Shown here: one piece after another, positions 19,622 through 30,407 of the stretch | Position numbering within the stretch: the first letter of the stretch is position 1 | Layout of the letters: each line of letters opens with the position of its first letter | NCBI GenBank assembly: GCA_964540515.1 | Contig: CAZIMS010000001.1 | Span: forward strand, 223,291 to 287,290 | DNA from: an uncultured Pseudomonadota bacterium | Lineage (GTDB): Bacteria > CALINM01 | Length of the DNA: 64,000 nt | Reading direction: 5' to 3' | Made by a program: the position numbers and the translations under genes | Notes under the pieces: generated by a model | Databases searched by the model: none | The model's input: the letters and a program-made list of their open reading frames with translations, nothing else | What the model was told of the DNA's origin: nothing

Positions 19622-20218
19622 CTACCTCCTTGATATCTCTTTAAGTGATCTTTCATAACTCTTCAAAAGACTATAACTATTTTCTTTTTTTTCCATTTTT
19701 TCTCTAATTCCAAGATATACAAGCTCTGCCATCTTCATTCCTTCCACATTCTCCATATAGAGATTAACATCATCATATATAAGAGCTCCTACCTTGCAAA
19801 CAGAAACGCAAGCAGGGATATCTCCTTCATTTAAACGCAAAATACACTGATCACACTTGTGGGCAGCTAAGCGATTGTGAATATATCTATGGTATCTAAT
19901 TACACCAAAGGGACAGGCCATAGCACACATACCACAATTAATACATCTATCAGGATTTATAAGTACAATTTCGTCATTATTAGCTCTATAAATTGCCTTT
20001 GTTATACAGGCATTTTCACAGGGAGCAGGGCTGCAATGCCTACATTTATTTGGAAGAGGCTCATTATCTTTAGTCTTTACAATATGTATTCTCGGTTTGG
20101 ATAAAATTTCCTCGAAAATAGAGAAATTATCTTTTGATTTTGAATGAGCCAGTGCACACTGAAACTTACATTGCATACAGCCTACACATCTTTCTGGATT
20201 TATAATAACCGTCTTCAT
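19622..20218 (-). CDS. cooF: CooF-like 4Fe-4S ferredoxin (electron-transfer subunit of CODH)
   Basis: Four CxxCxxCxxxCP-type motifs; 3 nt downstream of cooS. Confidence 0.75.
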   Translation of the reverse strand: MKTVIINPERCVGCMQCKFQCALAHSKSKDNFSIFEEILSKPRIHIVKTKDNEPLPNKCRHCSPAPCENACITKAIYRANNDEIVLINPDRCINCGMCAMACPFGVIRYHRYIHNRLAAHKCDQCILRLNEGDIPACVSVCKVGALIYDDVNLYMENVEGMKMAELVYLGIREKMEKKENSYSLLKSYERSLKEISRR

Positions 20219-20233
20219 AACAGTACCTCCTAA

Positions 20234-21433
20234 CTAAAACTTACTATCAAGTCGTGGTGTTACTGACAAAAATTCTTCAGGATCAGAAACTTTAGTGTCA
20301 CCTCTTTTCACAAGATTTACATATATCCCTGCTTCTTCAGGGTTATTTAAAAAGGCCATACCTACAAGTACACCCTCTTTAATTGCAATCTTTCTTAACT
20401 GATTCTTTCCTTTATTCCAAAGAGAATATACCAAAACATTATCTCCTTTCAGAATACCTGCTGATATAAGATGAAAATCCCCCATCTTAAGGCTATTCAT
20501 AGGCATAGCGCCAGGATAGGGAATATCTCTTCCTAAGATATTCAAGGCGCAGAAGTAGCCTTGTTCAACAGCCATAGGCCATATGGCGTTCATATATCTA
20601 TCTTTTCGTACAATATCAAATGCCTCGATACAATCACCTATAGCATAAATATCTTTGTCTGAAGTTCTTAAATACTCATCCACTATAATTCCACTCTCAC
20701 AGATAAGTCCTGCTTCCTTAGCTAAGCCGATATTAGCTCTTACCCCTTTACCAACTACTACAAGATCGCTAATTAGCTCTCTTCCATCTCTAAGATTAAC
20801 CTTAGTTTTTCCGTCTATTTTTTCTACTTCAACAACATCAGATCTAAGCTTAAGGTCAATCCCCATCTTAATAAGCTCTTTTCCCACAATATTTCCTGTT
20901 TCTTCATCAGCCGTAACGGACAAAGGATAGGGAGAAGTTATTACCATTGATATTTTAATCTGTCTCTTAAAAAAGCCGTAGGCGGCCTTTATCCCTACAT
21001 AACCACCACCTACAATAACTACAGATTCTCTAAGTTTTTTTTCTATCTTTTTTGCATCCTTTAGATACCTTAAGGTAAAGACATTTTTCTCTTCCTTACA
21101 ATAGGTAGGATGGAGTGGATCGGCACCTATTGCCAATACTAACTTATCGTAGGCTATCTCCATTCCACTATCCAAGAGAAGGCTTTTTTTCTCTCTGTTA
21201 ATTTTAACTACACTTTTGCCTGTCAAAACTGTTGCTCTACTTATCTTGCTTACTTCGGAAATGATAAGGTCCTTTTCTTCTAACTCTTTCCCCAAAAGAT
21301 TGGTTAGGAGGCAACGAGAGTAGATATTGTCTTCATTAGTAATGGCGATAATATTATGGCCTTCAGAAAAATTAATGAGATTTTCTAAACAAGATAGGCC
21401 GCCTGCACTAAGGCCTACTATTACGATGTTCAT
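20234..21433 (-). CDS. FAD-dependent pyridine nucleotide-disulfide oxidoreductase (CODH-associated FNOR-type NAD(P)H oxidoreductase)
   Basis: Two Rossmann dinucleotide-binding motifs (VIVGLSAGG; VIVGGGYVGIKAA); 399 aa; first gene of the FNOR-cooF-cooS transcription unit. Confidence 0.7.
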   Translation of the reverse strand: MNIVIVGLSAGGLSCLENLINFSEGHNIIAITNEDNIYSRCLLTNLLGKELEEKDLIISEVSKISRATVLTGKSVVKINREKKSLLLDSGMEIAYDKLVLAIGADPLHPTYCKEEKNVFTLRYLKDAKKIEKKLRESVVIVGGGYVGIKAAYGFFKRQIKISMVITSPYPLSVTADEETGNIVGKELIKMGIDLKLRSDVVEVEKIDGKTKVNLRDGRELISDLVVVGKGVRANIGLAKEAGLICESGIIVDEYLRTSDKDIYAIGDCIEAFDIVRKDRYMNAIWPMAVEQGYFCALNILGRDIPYPGAMPMNSLKMGDFHLISAGILKGDNVLVYSLWNKGKNQLRKIAIKEGVLVGMAFLNNPEEAGIYVNLVKRGDTKVSDPEEFLSVTPRLDSKF

Positions 21434-21520
21434 ATTATCTATTTAGCATTTTTTGAAAATTTGTCAAGAGCAGAATCATTTAAGCCTTTAAAACAGTTTT
21501 AACTATTAAAAGATAAAGAA

Positions 21521-21551
21521 TGATAGGTGTATGCAATTTAAGTGATAGGTG
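21521..21551. promoter_or_regulatory. Two 9-bp direct repeats TGATAGGTG separated by 13 bp in the CODH-operon/trmFO divergent promoter region
   Basis: Exact repeats at 21521-21529 and 21543-21551, ~90-120 bp upstream of the FNOR start codon. Confidence 0.3.
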
Positions 21552-21878
21552 ATAAGTTATATGCAAAAGACGCAATCCCTTTACATGCCTGTGCCTAAAG
21601 GTATGGACCTTGATGCAATATTCTGCATAAAAACAGACAGAATTCTTAGGAATGATAACACAATAAGCTATAAAAAAGCCATATCATATATAGGAGGTGA
21701 TGTCAGGGAAGATAGTAAAAATAACGTAAGGTATATTTGGTGAAAATAGGACATTGTTATTTTGACTTGACAGTTTTTTGGTTTTCTTACATTGATAGTG
21801 CTGCGTTTTTTAAAAATTTAAATCTTAAGACTTCTCAATTTGTGGATGAAAGATAATTATCTATGTTATTATAACTTT

Positions 21879-23192
21879 ATGAAAATTGCTGTTATTGGTG
21901 GTGGTCTTGCTGGTTGTGAGGCAACAGATTTATTACTAAAAAACAATCTCTCTGTTGACCTCTTTGATATGAAACCAAAAAAACTTACTCCTGCCCATAA
22001 GATGCTTACTCTTGCTGAGCTTGTATGCAGTAACTCTCTAAAGACTATGAGAGAAAACCATCCTCAAGGGATGCTTAAAAAGGAACTCCTATTTTTGAAA
22101 TCTCTTATACTTACTAAAGCATTACTTGCCAAAGTACCTTCTGGTGATGCCTTAGCTGTAGATAGAAAAATTCTATCAAAGCTTGTAACTGATGACCTGA
22201 TGAAAAGAAAAAATCTAAAAATTATCAACCATGAAATGGAAAAGCTACCCGAAGGTTATGACTACTATATAATAGCCACAGGACCATTAACATCGGAAAA
22301 GTTTGTCAATTATTTAAGTCAAGATTTGTTAGGTTCAGATAGCCTATATTTTTACGATGCTATAGCACCTATAATTGATGCTGAAAGTATTGATAAAAGC
22401 AAAGTTTTTTATGGTTCAAGATTTAATAAGGGTGGAGATGACTACATCAATATTCCTCTTACTAAGGAGCAGTATTATTTATTTTTAGAGAGCTTACGAA
22501 AGGCAGAGAAGGTACCCCTTAGGGATTTTGAAGAACCTAAGTATTACGAAGGCTGTCTTCCCATAGAAGTATTAGCAGAGAGAGGAGACGATACCCTTGC
22601 ATACGGACCTATGAAGCCTATCGGCTTTGATGAAAAAAAAATAGGCTTTAAGCCCTATGCTGTTGTGCAGTTAAGAAAAGAAGATAAGGAAGGCACTGCA
22701 TATAACATAGTAGGTTTTCAGACAAAACTTACAATAAGGGAACAGGAACGTGTTTTTAAGCTCCTACCAGGCCTTGAAAGAGCTATTTTTTTAAGATATG
22801 GCTCTATTCATAGAAACACCTTTATTAACGCTCCCAATCATTTAAATATTACATTAAATATGAAAAATAACGAACAGGTATTCTTTGCCGGGCAGATAAC
22901 TGGCGTTGAAGGATATGTTGAGTCGATAGCTACAGGTTTTTTATCAGCCTTTTTTTTAATATTAAAAATAAAGAAGATTCCCCCTATCTTGCCCTCGAGA
23001 AGGACTGCCTTAGGGGCACTACTATCTCACATTGAAAGTGAATTAAAACCCTATCAACCTTCTGGTTTGCATCTTGGGCTATTCTTAAAGGATAAATTAC
23101 CAAAAAAACAAAGAGATAAGGCTATTCTTGAAAAAGAAGAGGAAGATTTTAATAAGTTTATGGAAAAAATTGATAAAATTATCTCTTTTTAA
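21879..23192 (+). CDS. trmFO: Methylenetetrahydrofolate--tRNA-(uracil54-C5)-methyltransferase TrmFO (Gid)
   Basis: MKIAVIGGGLAGCEA FAD-binding N-terminus, ELVCSNSL, GQITGVEGYVES. The start is moved to the Met preceding the GGG Rossmann motif. Confidence 0.85.
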   Translation: MKIAVIGGGLAGCEATDLLLKNNLSVDLFDMKPKKLTPAHKMLTLAELVCSNSLKTMRENHPQGMLKKELLFLKSLILTKALLAKVPSGDALAVDRKILSKLVTDDLMKRKNLKIINHEMEKLPEGYDYYIIATGPLTSEKFVNYLSQDLLGSDSLYFYDAIAPIIDAESIDKSKVFYGSRFNKGGDDYINIPLTKEQYYLFLESLRKAEKVPLRDFEEPKYYEGCLPIEVLAERGDDTLAYGPMKPIGFDEKKIGFKPYAVVQLRKEDKEGTAYNIVGFQTKLTIREQERVFKLLPGLERAIFLRYGSIHRNTFINAPNHLNITLNMKNNEQVFFAGQITGVEGYVESIATGFLSAFFLILKIKKIPPILPSRRTALGALLSHIESELKPYQPSGLHLGLFLKDKLPKKQRDKAILEKEEEDFNKFMEKIDKIISF

Positions 23193-23451
23193 TTATGCCT
23201 TCAAGCTCAGCTAAGTGCTGAAGAATAATATTCTTTTTGTTTGTGAGGGATAGCCACTTCTTATCATCGAACTTTCTGTAAGCCTCATTAATCTCTTTGT
23301 CTAATATCTCTATGTAACAAGACAAAGAGTTGTAAACACGCAATAACTCTTTATGGACTTCTTTAAGCTCTTCCTCTATCTTTTCCTTCTCTTCATTTAT
23401 AAATTTTTCTACATCATCAAGATCTTCTTTTTTCTCAATATCATCATTCAT
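23179..23451 (-). CDS. Hypothetical acidic coiled-coil protein (90 aa), overlapping the 3' end of the Lon-like gene by 8 nt
   Basis: ORF with heptad-like E/K composition. Its position suggests co-transcription with the Lon-like protease. Confidence 0.3.
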   Translation of the reverse strand: MNDDIEKKEDLDDVEKFINEEKEKIEEELKEVHKELLRVYNSLSCYIEILDKEINEAYRKFDDKKWLSLTNKKNIILQHLAELEGIIKKR

Positions 23452-25855
23452 TTTTTTCTTCCTTAGACTTTTTAGTACTTTCTTTGCTCTTTTCTATGAG
23501 CTCTAAGAGGTTCTTTTCTACTAAAAAGTTTATTGAACCTTCCTCAAATTTACCTGTCTCTTGATCTAAAGTACCTGCCTTTAGACCTGTTAATATTTCT
23601 AATGCTTCTGAAACATTTTCGATTGCGTAAATGTGAAATAAACCCTTCTCAATGGATTGACATACTTCCTCATTTAACATAAGATGCTGTACATTTGACT
23701 TTGGTATTATGACTCCAGACTCTTTTTGCTTAAAGCCTCTCTCTTTTATAACTTCAAAAAACCCCTCTATCTTTTCGTTTACACCACCAATTGGCTGAAC
23801 CTCACCATACTGATTCATAGAACCTGTAACAGATATATATTGCTTTATAGGTATATTAGATATAGCAGAGATAAGGGCAACAACTTCTGCAATAGAGGCA
23901 CTATCTCCTTCCACCATACCATAAAGCTGTTCGAAACAGATATTAGCACTAAAGCTAAGAGATCTTTTCTTACCAAACATGTTATTGAAAAAAGAGGAGA
24001 TTATCATAGATGCCTTATCGTGAATCTTTCCACTTAATTTTGCTTCTCTGTCGATATTTATTATACCACCCTTGCCAGCATAAACAGTAGCAGTTATACG
24101 AGAAGGTCTACCAAATCTATAATCGCCTAAGTCATAGACAGATAGACCATTTATAACGCCTACTCTCATGCCCTCTGTGTCAATGAGTAAAATATCTCTC
24201 ATCAACTGTTCTTGTATCTTCTTCTCAATCTTGTTGTGTCTCTCCCTCTTCTTATTTAATGCCTTAATAACATCTTCCCGTGAAACAATTGTCTTTCTTG
24301 AGTTTTTTGCAAAGTAGTTTGATTCTCTAACAATCTCAGCTATATCTTCGACTTTAATAGAAAGCCTCCTTTGATCATCAACCAGCCTGCCTCCCTGCTC
24401 TATAATCCTTTGAATTGCAGAATCATCAAAGGGTAGTAGTTTTTCTTTCTCGACAAGATGGTTTATATAAAAGGCATAGGATGCTTCTCCCTTATCATCC
24501 CACAAAATATCTCCTTGAAAATCGACTTTAACTTTAAAGATTTTTGAGAACTCCTCGTCATAATTAAAAAGTATGTAATATATTAAAGGATTACCTATTA
24601 TTATAATCTTAACATCAAGAGGTATCGGCTCGGGCTTTAGTGTTCCTGTCGAGATTCTATAGGGCTCCATTGGGTCTTCTATGCGTATCTCCTTATTCTT
24701 AATTGCCCTTTTTAAGACGTCATAGGAAAAGGGGTTTTTAAAAACATCTATAGCATCAAGTATTAAATAGCCACCATTGGCCTTATGAAGTGAGCCAGAT
24801 TTTATTAAGGTAAAATCCGTTAAAGCCATTCCCATCTGAAATCGATACTCTATCTTACCAATAAGATTAAAGGCATTTGGGTTTGTCTCATGTATAACAG
24901 GTCTTCCTACCTCGCCAGATCTATCAATTAAAACATTTACCTTATATCTAACGAAAGAGGGTTCGGGCTTTAAGAATCTAAAAGCCATATTGGCAGGAAC
25001 AGGAAGCTCTGCCTGTTTGAAGTCTTCTAAGTTGTTTAGTATATCTTCCTGAACATCTTGTAGATAATTAATAATTTTTTGGTTAAGACCAAATCTCTCT
25101 TTAAGATCTTCTATATGGTAGGAGATGTTATTGAAAACAACCCTTTTTTCTAACTCTTGTAGATTTTTTCTTGTCTCTTTTTCCGCCTCTTTTACAACTT
25201 TTATTGCCTCTTTTAATCTATTTTGAAGTACCTTTATCTTTTCTTGAATTGCCTTTTTCTCAGCCTCAGAGAGTTTTGAAAACTTCTCTTCATCAAGAAC
25301 CTCATTGTCTTTAACAGGAAGAAAGACAAAGCCCTCTGCTCCCTTTTCTAAGATAAAGCCCCTTCCTTTAGCCTCACTATTTAGTGTTTCAAAAACCTGT
25401 CTGTCAAACTCTTGAAATTTTTCTATTATCTGCGCCTTTTCTTGTTCATATTCTTTAGATTCAAAAACCTTTGGTATCTCTTTTCTTAAAGATTCTATTA
25501 ACTCATCCATCTCCTTGGCGAAAAAAACTCCGTAACCCTTTGGAAATTTAAGGTAGATAGGGCAGTCTGGCTCTTTAAAATTGTAAACATAGACATAATC
25601 TTCAGGCTCTTTCTCTGAGAGAGCCTTTTGTTTTGTTATTTCTGATATAAGCTGATGTTTTCCTAAACCTGGCTCTCCCAAAACAAAGATATTGTAGCCA
25701 TCTGATTCGATATCAAGACCAAACTCAATGGCCTCTATGGTTGTTTTCTGAATGTCAAAGAAGACTTGTTTGTTTAGTTCCTTGCCTTTGGATGAAAAAG
25801 TACTCTTTCTTGTAACATCTTTTAACCCAAGCTTTTCCATTTTTCTCCTAAACAT
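23444..25855 (-). CDS. LonC-like Lon-family protease with degenerate AAA+ module (ATPase-dead type)
   Basis: C-terminal S16 protease domain with the catalytic Ser in EGDSASIAE and a downstream Lys. The Walker A is degenerate ([12 protein letters not shown] instead of GKT/S) and the Walker B is degenerate (LILDAID instead of DE). Confidence 0.65.
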   Translation of the reverse strand: MFRRKMEKLGLKDVTRKSTFSSKGKELNKQVFFDIQKTTIEAIEFGLDIESDGYNIFVLGEPGLGKHQLISEITKQKALSEKEPEDYVYVYNFKEPDCPIYLKFPKGYGVFFAKEMDELIESLRKEIPKVFESKEYEQEKAQIIEKFQEFDRQVFETLNSEAKGRGFILEKGAEGFVFLPVKDNEVLDEEKFSKLSEAEKKAIQEKIKVLQNRLKEAIKVVKEAEKETRKNLQELEKRVVFNNISYHIEDLKERFGLNQKIINYLQDVQEDILNNLEDFKQAELPVPANMAFRFLKPEPSFVRYKVNVLIDRSGEVGRPVIHETNPNAFNLIGKIEYRFQMGMALTDFTLIKSGSLHKANGGYLILDAIDVFKNPFSYDVLKRAIKNKEIRIEDPMEPYRISTGTLKPEPIPLDVKIIIIGNPLIYYILFNYDEEFSKIFKVKVDFQGDILWDDKGEASYAFYINHLVEKEKLLPFDDSAIQRIIEQGGRLVDDQRRLSIKVEDIAEIVRESNYFAKNSRKTIVSREDVIKALNKKRERHNKIEKKIQEQLMRDILLIDTEGMRVGVINGLSVYDLGDYRFGRPSRITATVYAGKGGIINIDREAKLSGKIHDKASMIISSFFNNMFGKKRSLSFSANICFEQLYGMVEGDSASIAEVVALISAISNIPIKQYISVTGSMNQYGEVQPIGGVNEKIEGFFEVIKERGFKQKESGVIIPKSNVQHLMLNEEVCQSIEKGLFHIYAIENVSEALEILTGLKAGTLDQETGKFEEGSINFLVEKNLLELIEKSKESTKKSKEEKNE

Positions 25856-28259
25856 CTAAATTTTTTACTTCCCAGGCATTCTCTTCTATAAACTTTCTTC
25901 TTGGCTCGACCTTCTCTCCCATTAGCATGCTAAATATATCATCAACTATAACCTCATCTTCTAACATTACCTTTCTAAGAACCCGTGTCTCAGGATTCAT
26001 AGTAGTTTCCCAGAGTTGAGAAGGGTTCATCTCTCCAAGTCCTTTGTATCTTTGAATATACACACCTTTGTTACCAATATCAAATATTTTTTCGAAAATC
26101 TTAAGGGGACTCTTTGTCTCAAATATATCATCAGATAAAATAGTGTACGGTGGCATTCCAAGTTTTTCTTTTAATAGTCGAATAACTCCTCTCATCTCTT
26201 TTAGATCGGCAGAGGTGTAAATATCCCTTGAGATTATTGTATTATAAACTTTAAGATTTCTCTCGGTAGTTATTTCAACAAAAAAGCTTTCGTGTTCAAA
26301 ATCTTTTTTCACATCACCAATCTTAATGTAGCCATAGCCTTCTTCCATATACTCCTTTATCTTTCCTATCTTTTCGTTAAAACTCTCTTCACTTTTAAAC
26401 TCCTCCTCATTAGCAAAGAGAAAATATGCCTTCTCTAAAACCTTTGGATCAATATTCTTTTTCTCCAAAGCTTCGGCTAATCTTTTCAGGTTAACAAGCC
26501 TTTTTAGGAAGGCTAACTCGTTTCTTCCCTTAATCTCAGAACTTCCCCTAATAGCAATCTTGTCTAAAGCTAAGTCAACAATTGTCTCCTCTAAATCCTT
26601 CTCATCTTTTAAATACTTCTCAAAATTATCCTTCTTAATTCTGTACAAAGGTGGTTGAGCAATATATAGATAGCCCTCTTTTATTAGATGGGTCATTTGT
26701 CTAAAAAATAACGTTAATAATAGTGTTCTTATATGAGAACCATCTACATCAGCATCGGTCATAATTATTATCTTCTTATACCTTATCTTTTCTTTTTCGC
26801 CATTTTCCTTTCCACCTATGGAAACGCCTAAGGCAGAAATTATAGCCTTTATCTCTTCACTACTTAAAACCTTATCAAGGCGCGATTTTTCAACGTTTAT
26901 TATCTTACCCTTTATAGGTAATATGGCTTGAAACTTTCTATTTCTACCTTGTTTTGCAGACCCCCCTGCTGACTCTCCTTCCACTATAAAGATCTCACTT
27001 TTGTCAGGGTCCTTTTCCTGACAATCAGCTAATTTCCCTGGTAAGGTAAGGTCTTCTAAAGCAGATTTTCTTCTTGCTAATTCTTTTGCCTTCTTAGAGG
27101 CCTCTCTCGCTCGTCTTGCCTCTAAAGCTTTAATTATTATAATTTTTGATATATTTGGATGTTCCTCAAAGAAGCTATTTAGACCCTCATTTACAATACT
27201 CTCAACGATCCCTTTTATTTCGCTGTTGCCAAGCTTAGTTTTTGTTTGGCCTTCAAATTGAGGGTTAGGCATCTTAACACTAATAATTGCTGTAAGACCT
27301 TCCCTAATATCATCACCTGTTAAGGTCTCTTTTCCATCTTTATTTAGCCCTGTTTTTATAGACTGACTATTTATGGTCCTTGTAAGGGCTGATTTGAAAC
27401 CCATTAAATGGGTTCCACCTTCTATTGTATTGATACTATTAACAAAACTAAAAATTGTCTCGTTATATCCTGCATTGTACTGTATAGCAACCTCAACAGA
27501 TATATCATCCTTATCGCCTTTTAAATAAATAACTTCATCAAAGAGCACTTCTTTATTCTTATTAATATGCTTTACAAAGGCGATAATTCCTCCTTCATAA
27601 CAAAAACTTTGTTCCTTGCCTGTTCTCTCATCCTTTAACCTAATACATACTCCAGAGTTTAAAAAAGATAACTCTCTAAACCTTTGAGCAAGGATATCAT
27701 AACTAAACTCTGTTGTTTCAAAAATCTCGCTATCGGGAATAAATCTTACAGTTGTTCCTGTCCTATCAGTAGTACCTGTTACCTCAACATCTCTTTTAGG
27801 AATACCTCTCTCATAACACTGATAGTAAACCTTACCATCTCTTCTTACTTCTACCTCCAAAAACTCTGAAAGGGCATTAACGCAGGACACACCAACGCCA
27901 TGTAAACCACCAGAAACCTTATAGCTCTTTCCGTCAAACTTTCCACCTGCATGTAAGGTTGTTAAGACCGTCTCTAATGTAGATAAGGATGTTTCTGGAT
28001 GTATCTCTACAGGTATACCTCTACCATCATCTTCCACTCTAATACTGCCATCCATGTGTATAGTTACAACAATATTTTTACAATAACCTGCTAATGCTTC
28101 ATCAATACTATTATCAACAACCTCATAGACAAGGTGGTGTAGCCCTTGAGAAGATGTACTACCTATATACATAGCTGGTCTTTTTCTAACTGCCTCAAGA
28201 CCTTTTAAAACTGTGATACTACTAGCATCATACTTTTCTTCTAACTGTATCTCACTCAT
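25848..28259 (-). CDS. gyrB: DNA gyrase subunit B
   Basis: GHKL ATPase motifs ([16 protein letters not shown]), TOPRIM (EGDSAGG), C-terminal GyrA-interaction region. Start is chosen at [15 protein letters not shown]; the track ORF begins 45 nt further upstream. Confidence 0.9.
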   Translation of the reverse strand: MSEIQLEEKYDASSITVLKGLEAVRKRPAMYIGSTSSQGLHHLVYEVVDNSIDEALAGYCKNIVVTIHMDGSIRVEDDGRGIPVEIHPETSLSTLETVLTTLHAGGKFDGKSYKVSGGLHGVGVSCVNALSEFLEVEVRRDGKVYYQCYERGIPKRDVEVTGTTDRTGTTVRFIPDSEIFETTEFSYDILAQRFRELSFLNSGVCIRLKDERTGKEQSFCYEGGIIAFVKHINKNKEVLFDEVIYLKGDKDDISVEVAIQYNAGYNETIFSFVNSINTIEGGTHLMGFKSALTRTINSQSIKTGLNKDGKETLTGDDIREGLTAIISVKMPNPQFEGQTKTKLGNSEIKGIVESIVNEGLNSFFEEHPNISKIIIIKALEARRAREASKKAKELARRKSALEDLTLPGKLADCQEKDPDKSEIFIVEGESAGGSAKQGRNRKFQAILPIKGKIINVEKSRLDKVLSSEEIKAIISALGVSIGGKENGEKEKIRYKKIIIMTDADVDGSHIRTLLLTLFFRQMTHLIKEGYLYIAQPPLYRIKKDNFEKYLKDEKDLEETIVDLALDKIAIRGSSEIKGRNELAFLKRLVNLKRLAEALEKKNIDPKVLEKAYFLFANEEEFKSEESFNEKIGKIKEYMEEGYGYIKIGDVKKDFEHESFFVEITTERNLKVYNTIISRDIYTSADLKEMRGVIRLLKEKLGMPPYTILSDDIFETKSPLKIFEKIFDIGNKGVYIQRYKGLGEMNPSQLWETTMNPETRVLRKVMLEDEVIVDDIFSMLMGEKVEPRRKFIEENAWEVKNLDV

Positions 28260-29175
28260 AAAGAAAAATTTCTCCTTTTCTAATCTCAAAATCTGCTTTA
28301 GCAACTCTTTGATTCATCATAATGAAGCTTTGCAAATCTATTTTGGACAAAATATTAAGAGCACTTTCTATTCTCTTATTATCCCATTCAGAGTTAAAAT
28401 CGTCAATAAGCATTATTGAGCTGTAATTTTTTATTTTACTCAAAACAGAGATAAACATTATAAAAATTAAACTTTTTATCTCTCCAACGGAAAGGTATTT
28501 TTTATCATCTTTTAAAAAAATTATGTCATCTCTGTCTCCACGACGTATCTTAACAGTAAAATCAGGTAAGGACATTTCTTTTTTCATTTTATCAAAACTA
28601 TCTTTTATCTCCTCTAACAATCTCAATCTATAAGTATCAACAATTTTTTTATATTTAAAGATGATATTTTCAATGATTTTTCGTTCTTTGTCTTCCTTTG
28701 ATATTAATAAACTTCGCCTTGATTTTATCAACATTTTATAAACTAATAGAAATTCATTTCCATAGAGGTAAAGGCACATCCTATCTATTAGTTTTTTTCT
28801 GTAGAAACTAAAATTTTTAAAATAAAAAAGGACGTCGCCACCTAATAAGAAAGTATATAGAGATATTTTTTTTCTATACGGTTTTTCGTCAATAAAAAAG
28901 CTTCTTTTATTCCTTGTTAGTTTAAAAGATATAGTGTTTTCAATGCCATCATCACTTAATATACCTTTAACATAAGAGAAATCCTTTTCAAAAAAAATAT
29001 TATCCTCTAAACTTTTTCTAAAGCTTCTCCTATTGAATAGAATGTAGATGGCCTCTAAAAAATTTGTTTTTCCTTGACCGTTTGTACCAAAAAAGATATT
29101 AGTAGTATCGTTTAGAGCTATATTAGCAGACTCTATATTTCTGAAATTGCAAATTTCAATATGTTTTAAATACAT
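28252..29175 (-). CDS. recF: DNA replication and repair protein RecF (short, divergent form)
   Basis: Walker [14 protein letters not shown] at the N-terminus; in the dnaA-dnaN-recF-gyrB position. Only 307 aa, with an atypical Walker B region ([12 protein letters not shown]). Confidence 0.7.
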   Translation of the reverse strand: MYLKHIEICNFRNIESANIALNDTTNIFFGTNGQGKTNFLEAIYILFNRRSFRKSLEDNIFFEKDFSYVKGILSDDGIENTISFKLTRNKRSFFIDEKPYRKKISLYTFLLGGDVLFYFKNFSFYRKKLIDRMCLYLYGNEFLLVYKMLIKSRRSLLISKEDKERKIIENIIFKYKKIVDTYRLRLLEEIKDSFDKMKKEMSLPDFTVKIRRGDRDDIIFLKDDKKYLSVGEIKSLIFIMFISVLSKIKNYSSIMLIDDFNSEWDNKRIESALNILSKIDLQSFIMMNQRVAKADFEIRKGEIFLYE

Positions 29176-30258
29176 CTAAAGTTTAATGGGCATAACAACG
29201 GCTTTGTAGTTTTCATCTCCTGATATCAAAACAGCCCTATTTGAATCTTTAATGGACATTTCTATCTTTTCAGACTCAACATTTGAGATAGCCTCAATAA
29301 GATACTGAGCATTAAAGCCAATATCTAAACTTTCTCCGTCATATATATGATCAATCTCATCTTCACCTTCACCTAACTCTATATTGACACTTTTAATGGA
29401 TATAACATCTTGTTTTAGTGAGAACATAACTCCTTTTGTATTTTCTTCTGTTATTATAAGAAGTCTCTGAAGACTTTCTAATATTTTGCTTTTATCTATA
29501 TAGGATTTAAAGGGATTGTTTAGTGGTAAAACCTCTATGTAGTTAGGAAATTTTACTTCTCTTAGCCTTGTAATAAAGGTTGTATCATCGCTTTCAAAAC
29601 TTGCATAGTTATCCTCAATAGAAATAAATATTGTATCTCCTTCTTCTTGGGAAAAGATCTTAATAATTTCTGCAACACCCTTTTTAGATATAAGAGTATT
29701 TTCTATTATATCTTCAAAGGGAAACTCGTAGAAACAAAGCCTGTAGGAATCAGATGCAACAAACCTTAGCTTTCCATCTAGTTTGTGAATATAGACACCA
29801 TTTAGGCTAAGCCTTGATTCATCAGGATATATGGCGTAGTCAACCTTATTAAGAGCTTTTATGAAGTCTGCTCTTTTTAAGGCTATCTTTTTGTCTGAAG
29901 AGGGTCTTTTTATAGCTGGAAAATCTTCAGGTGATTGAGAAAAGAGCTTGAAAGAGGATTTACCTGATTTTATGGATAAATTTTTTTCTTCTTGGCTTAT
30001 TGTAATAGACTCACCAGAAAGGCTTTTTATTATCTCAAAGAACTTTTTAGAGGGGACACAGATGGTACCCTTATTTTCTATATTTCCTGATGATGTGGCT
30101 ATGATGGAGTTATCTAAGTTAGTCGCCTTTATAGTGATTTTGTCAGTGGCATCAATAAGTATATTATTTAGGATAGGCATTGTAGTTCTTTTTTCAGATA
30201 CGCCCTGTACTTTTTTTAAAGATTTTAAGATTTCCTCTTTTCTTACTATTACTTTCAT
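29176..30258 (-). CDS. dnaN: DNA polymerase III beta sliding clamp
   Basis: 360 aa, three-domain clamp; follows dnaA. Confidence 0.9.
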   Translation of the reverse strand: MKVIVRKEEILKSLKKVQGVSEKRTTMPILNNILIDATDKITIKATNLDNSIIATSSGNIENKGTICVPSKKFFEIIKSLSGESITISQEEKNLSIKSGKSSFKLFSQSPEDFPAIKRPSSDKKIALKRADFIKALNKVDYAIYPDESRLSLNGVYIHKLDGKLRFVASDSYRLCFYEFPFEDIIENTLISKKGVAEIIKIFSQEEGDTIFISIEDNYASFESDDTTFITRLREVKFPNYIEVLPLNNPFKSYIDKSKILESLQRLLIITEENTKGVMFSLKQDVISIKSVNIELGEGEDEIDHIYDGESLDIGFNAQYLIEAISNVESEKIEMSIKDSNRAVLISGDENYKAVVMPIKL

Positions 30259-30407
30259 TATTTACTCCTTATGTGGTAGATGTTAGTAGTTTATGTTAAT
30301 TTGTTGATAAATATATATATCTTCTTGTTATTAATATAAAAAAGTATGTGCAAAAAATGTTCATAAAAAAAAGTTTGTCAACGTTAAAAAGTAGTTTAAA
30401 AAATTTG

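Noticed and set aside
21549-21743. 64-aa ORF in the CODH/trmFO divergent spacer
   Set aside because: No family resemblance or RBS; the region more plausibly carries promoters, including the TGATAGGTG repeats.
23444-25855. Lon-like protease as a BREX BrxL defence component
   Set aside because: No other BREX genes (brxA/B/C, pglX/Z) are nearby. The degenerate Walker motifs and the 803-aa size fit the housekeeping LonC family better.
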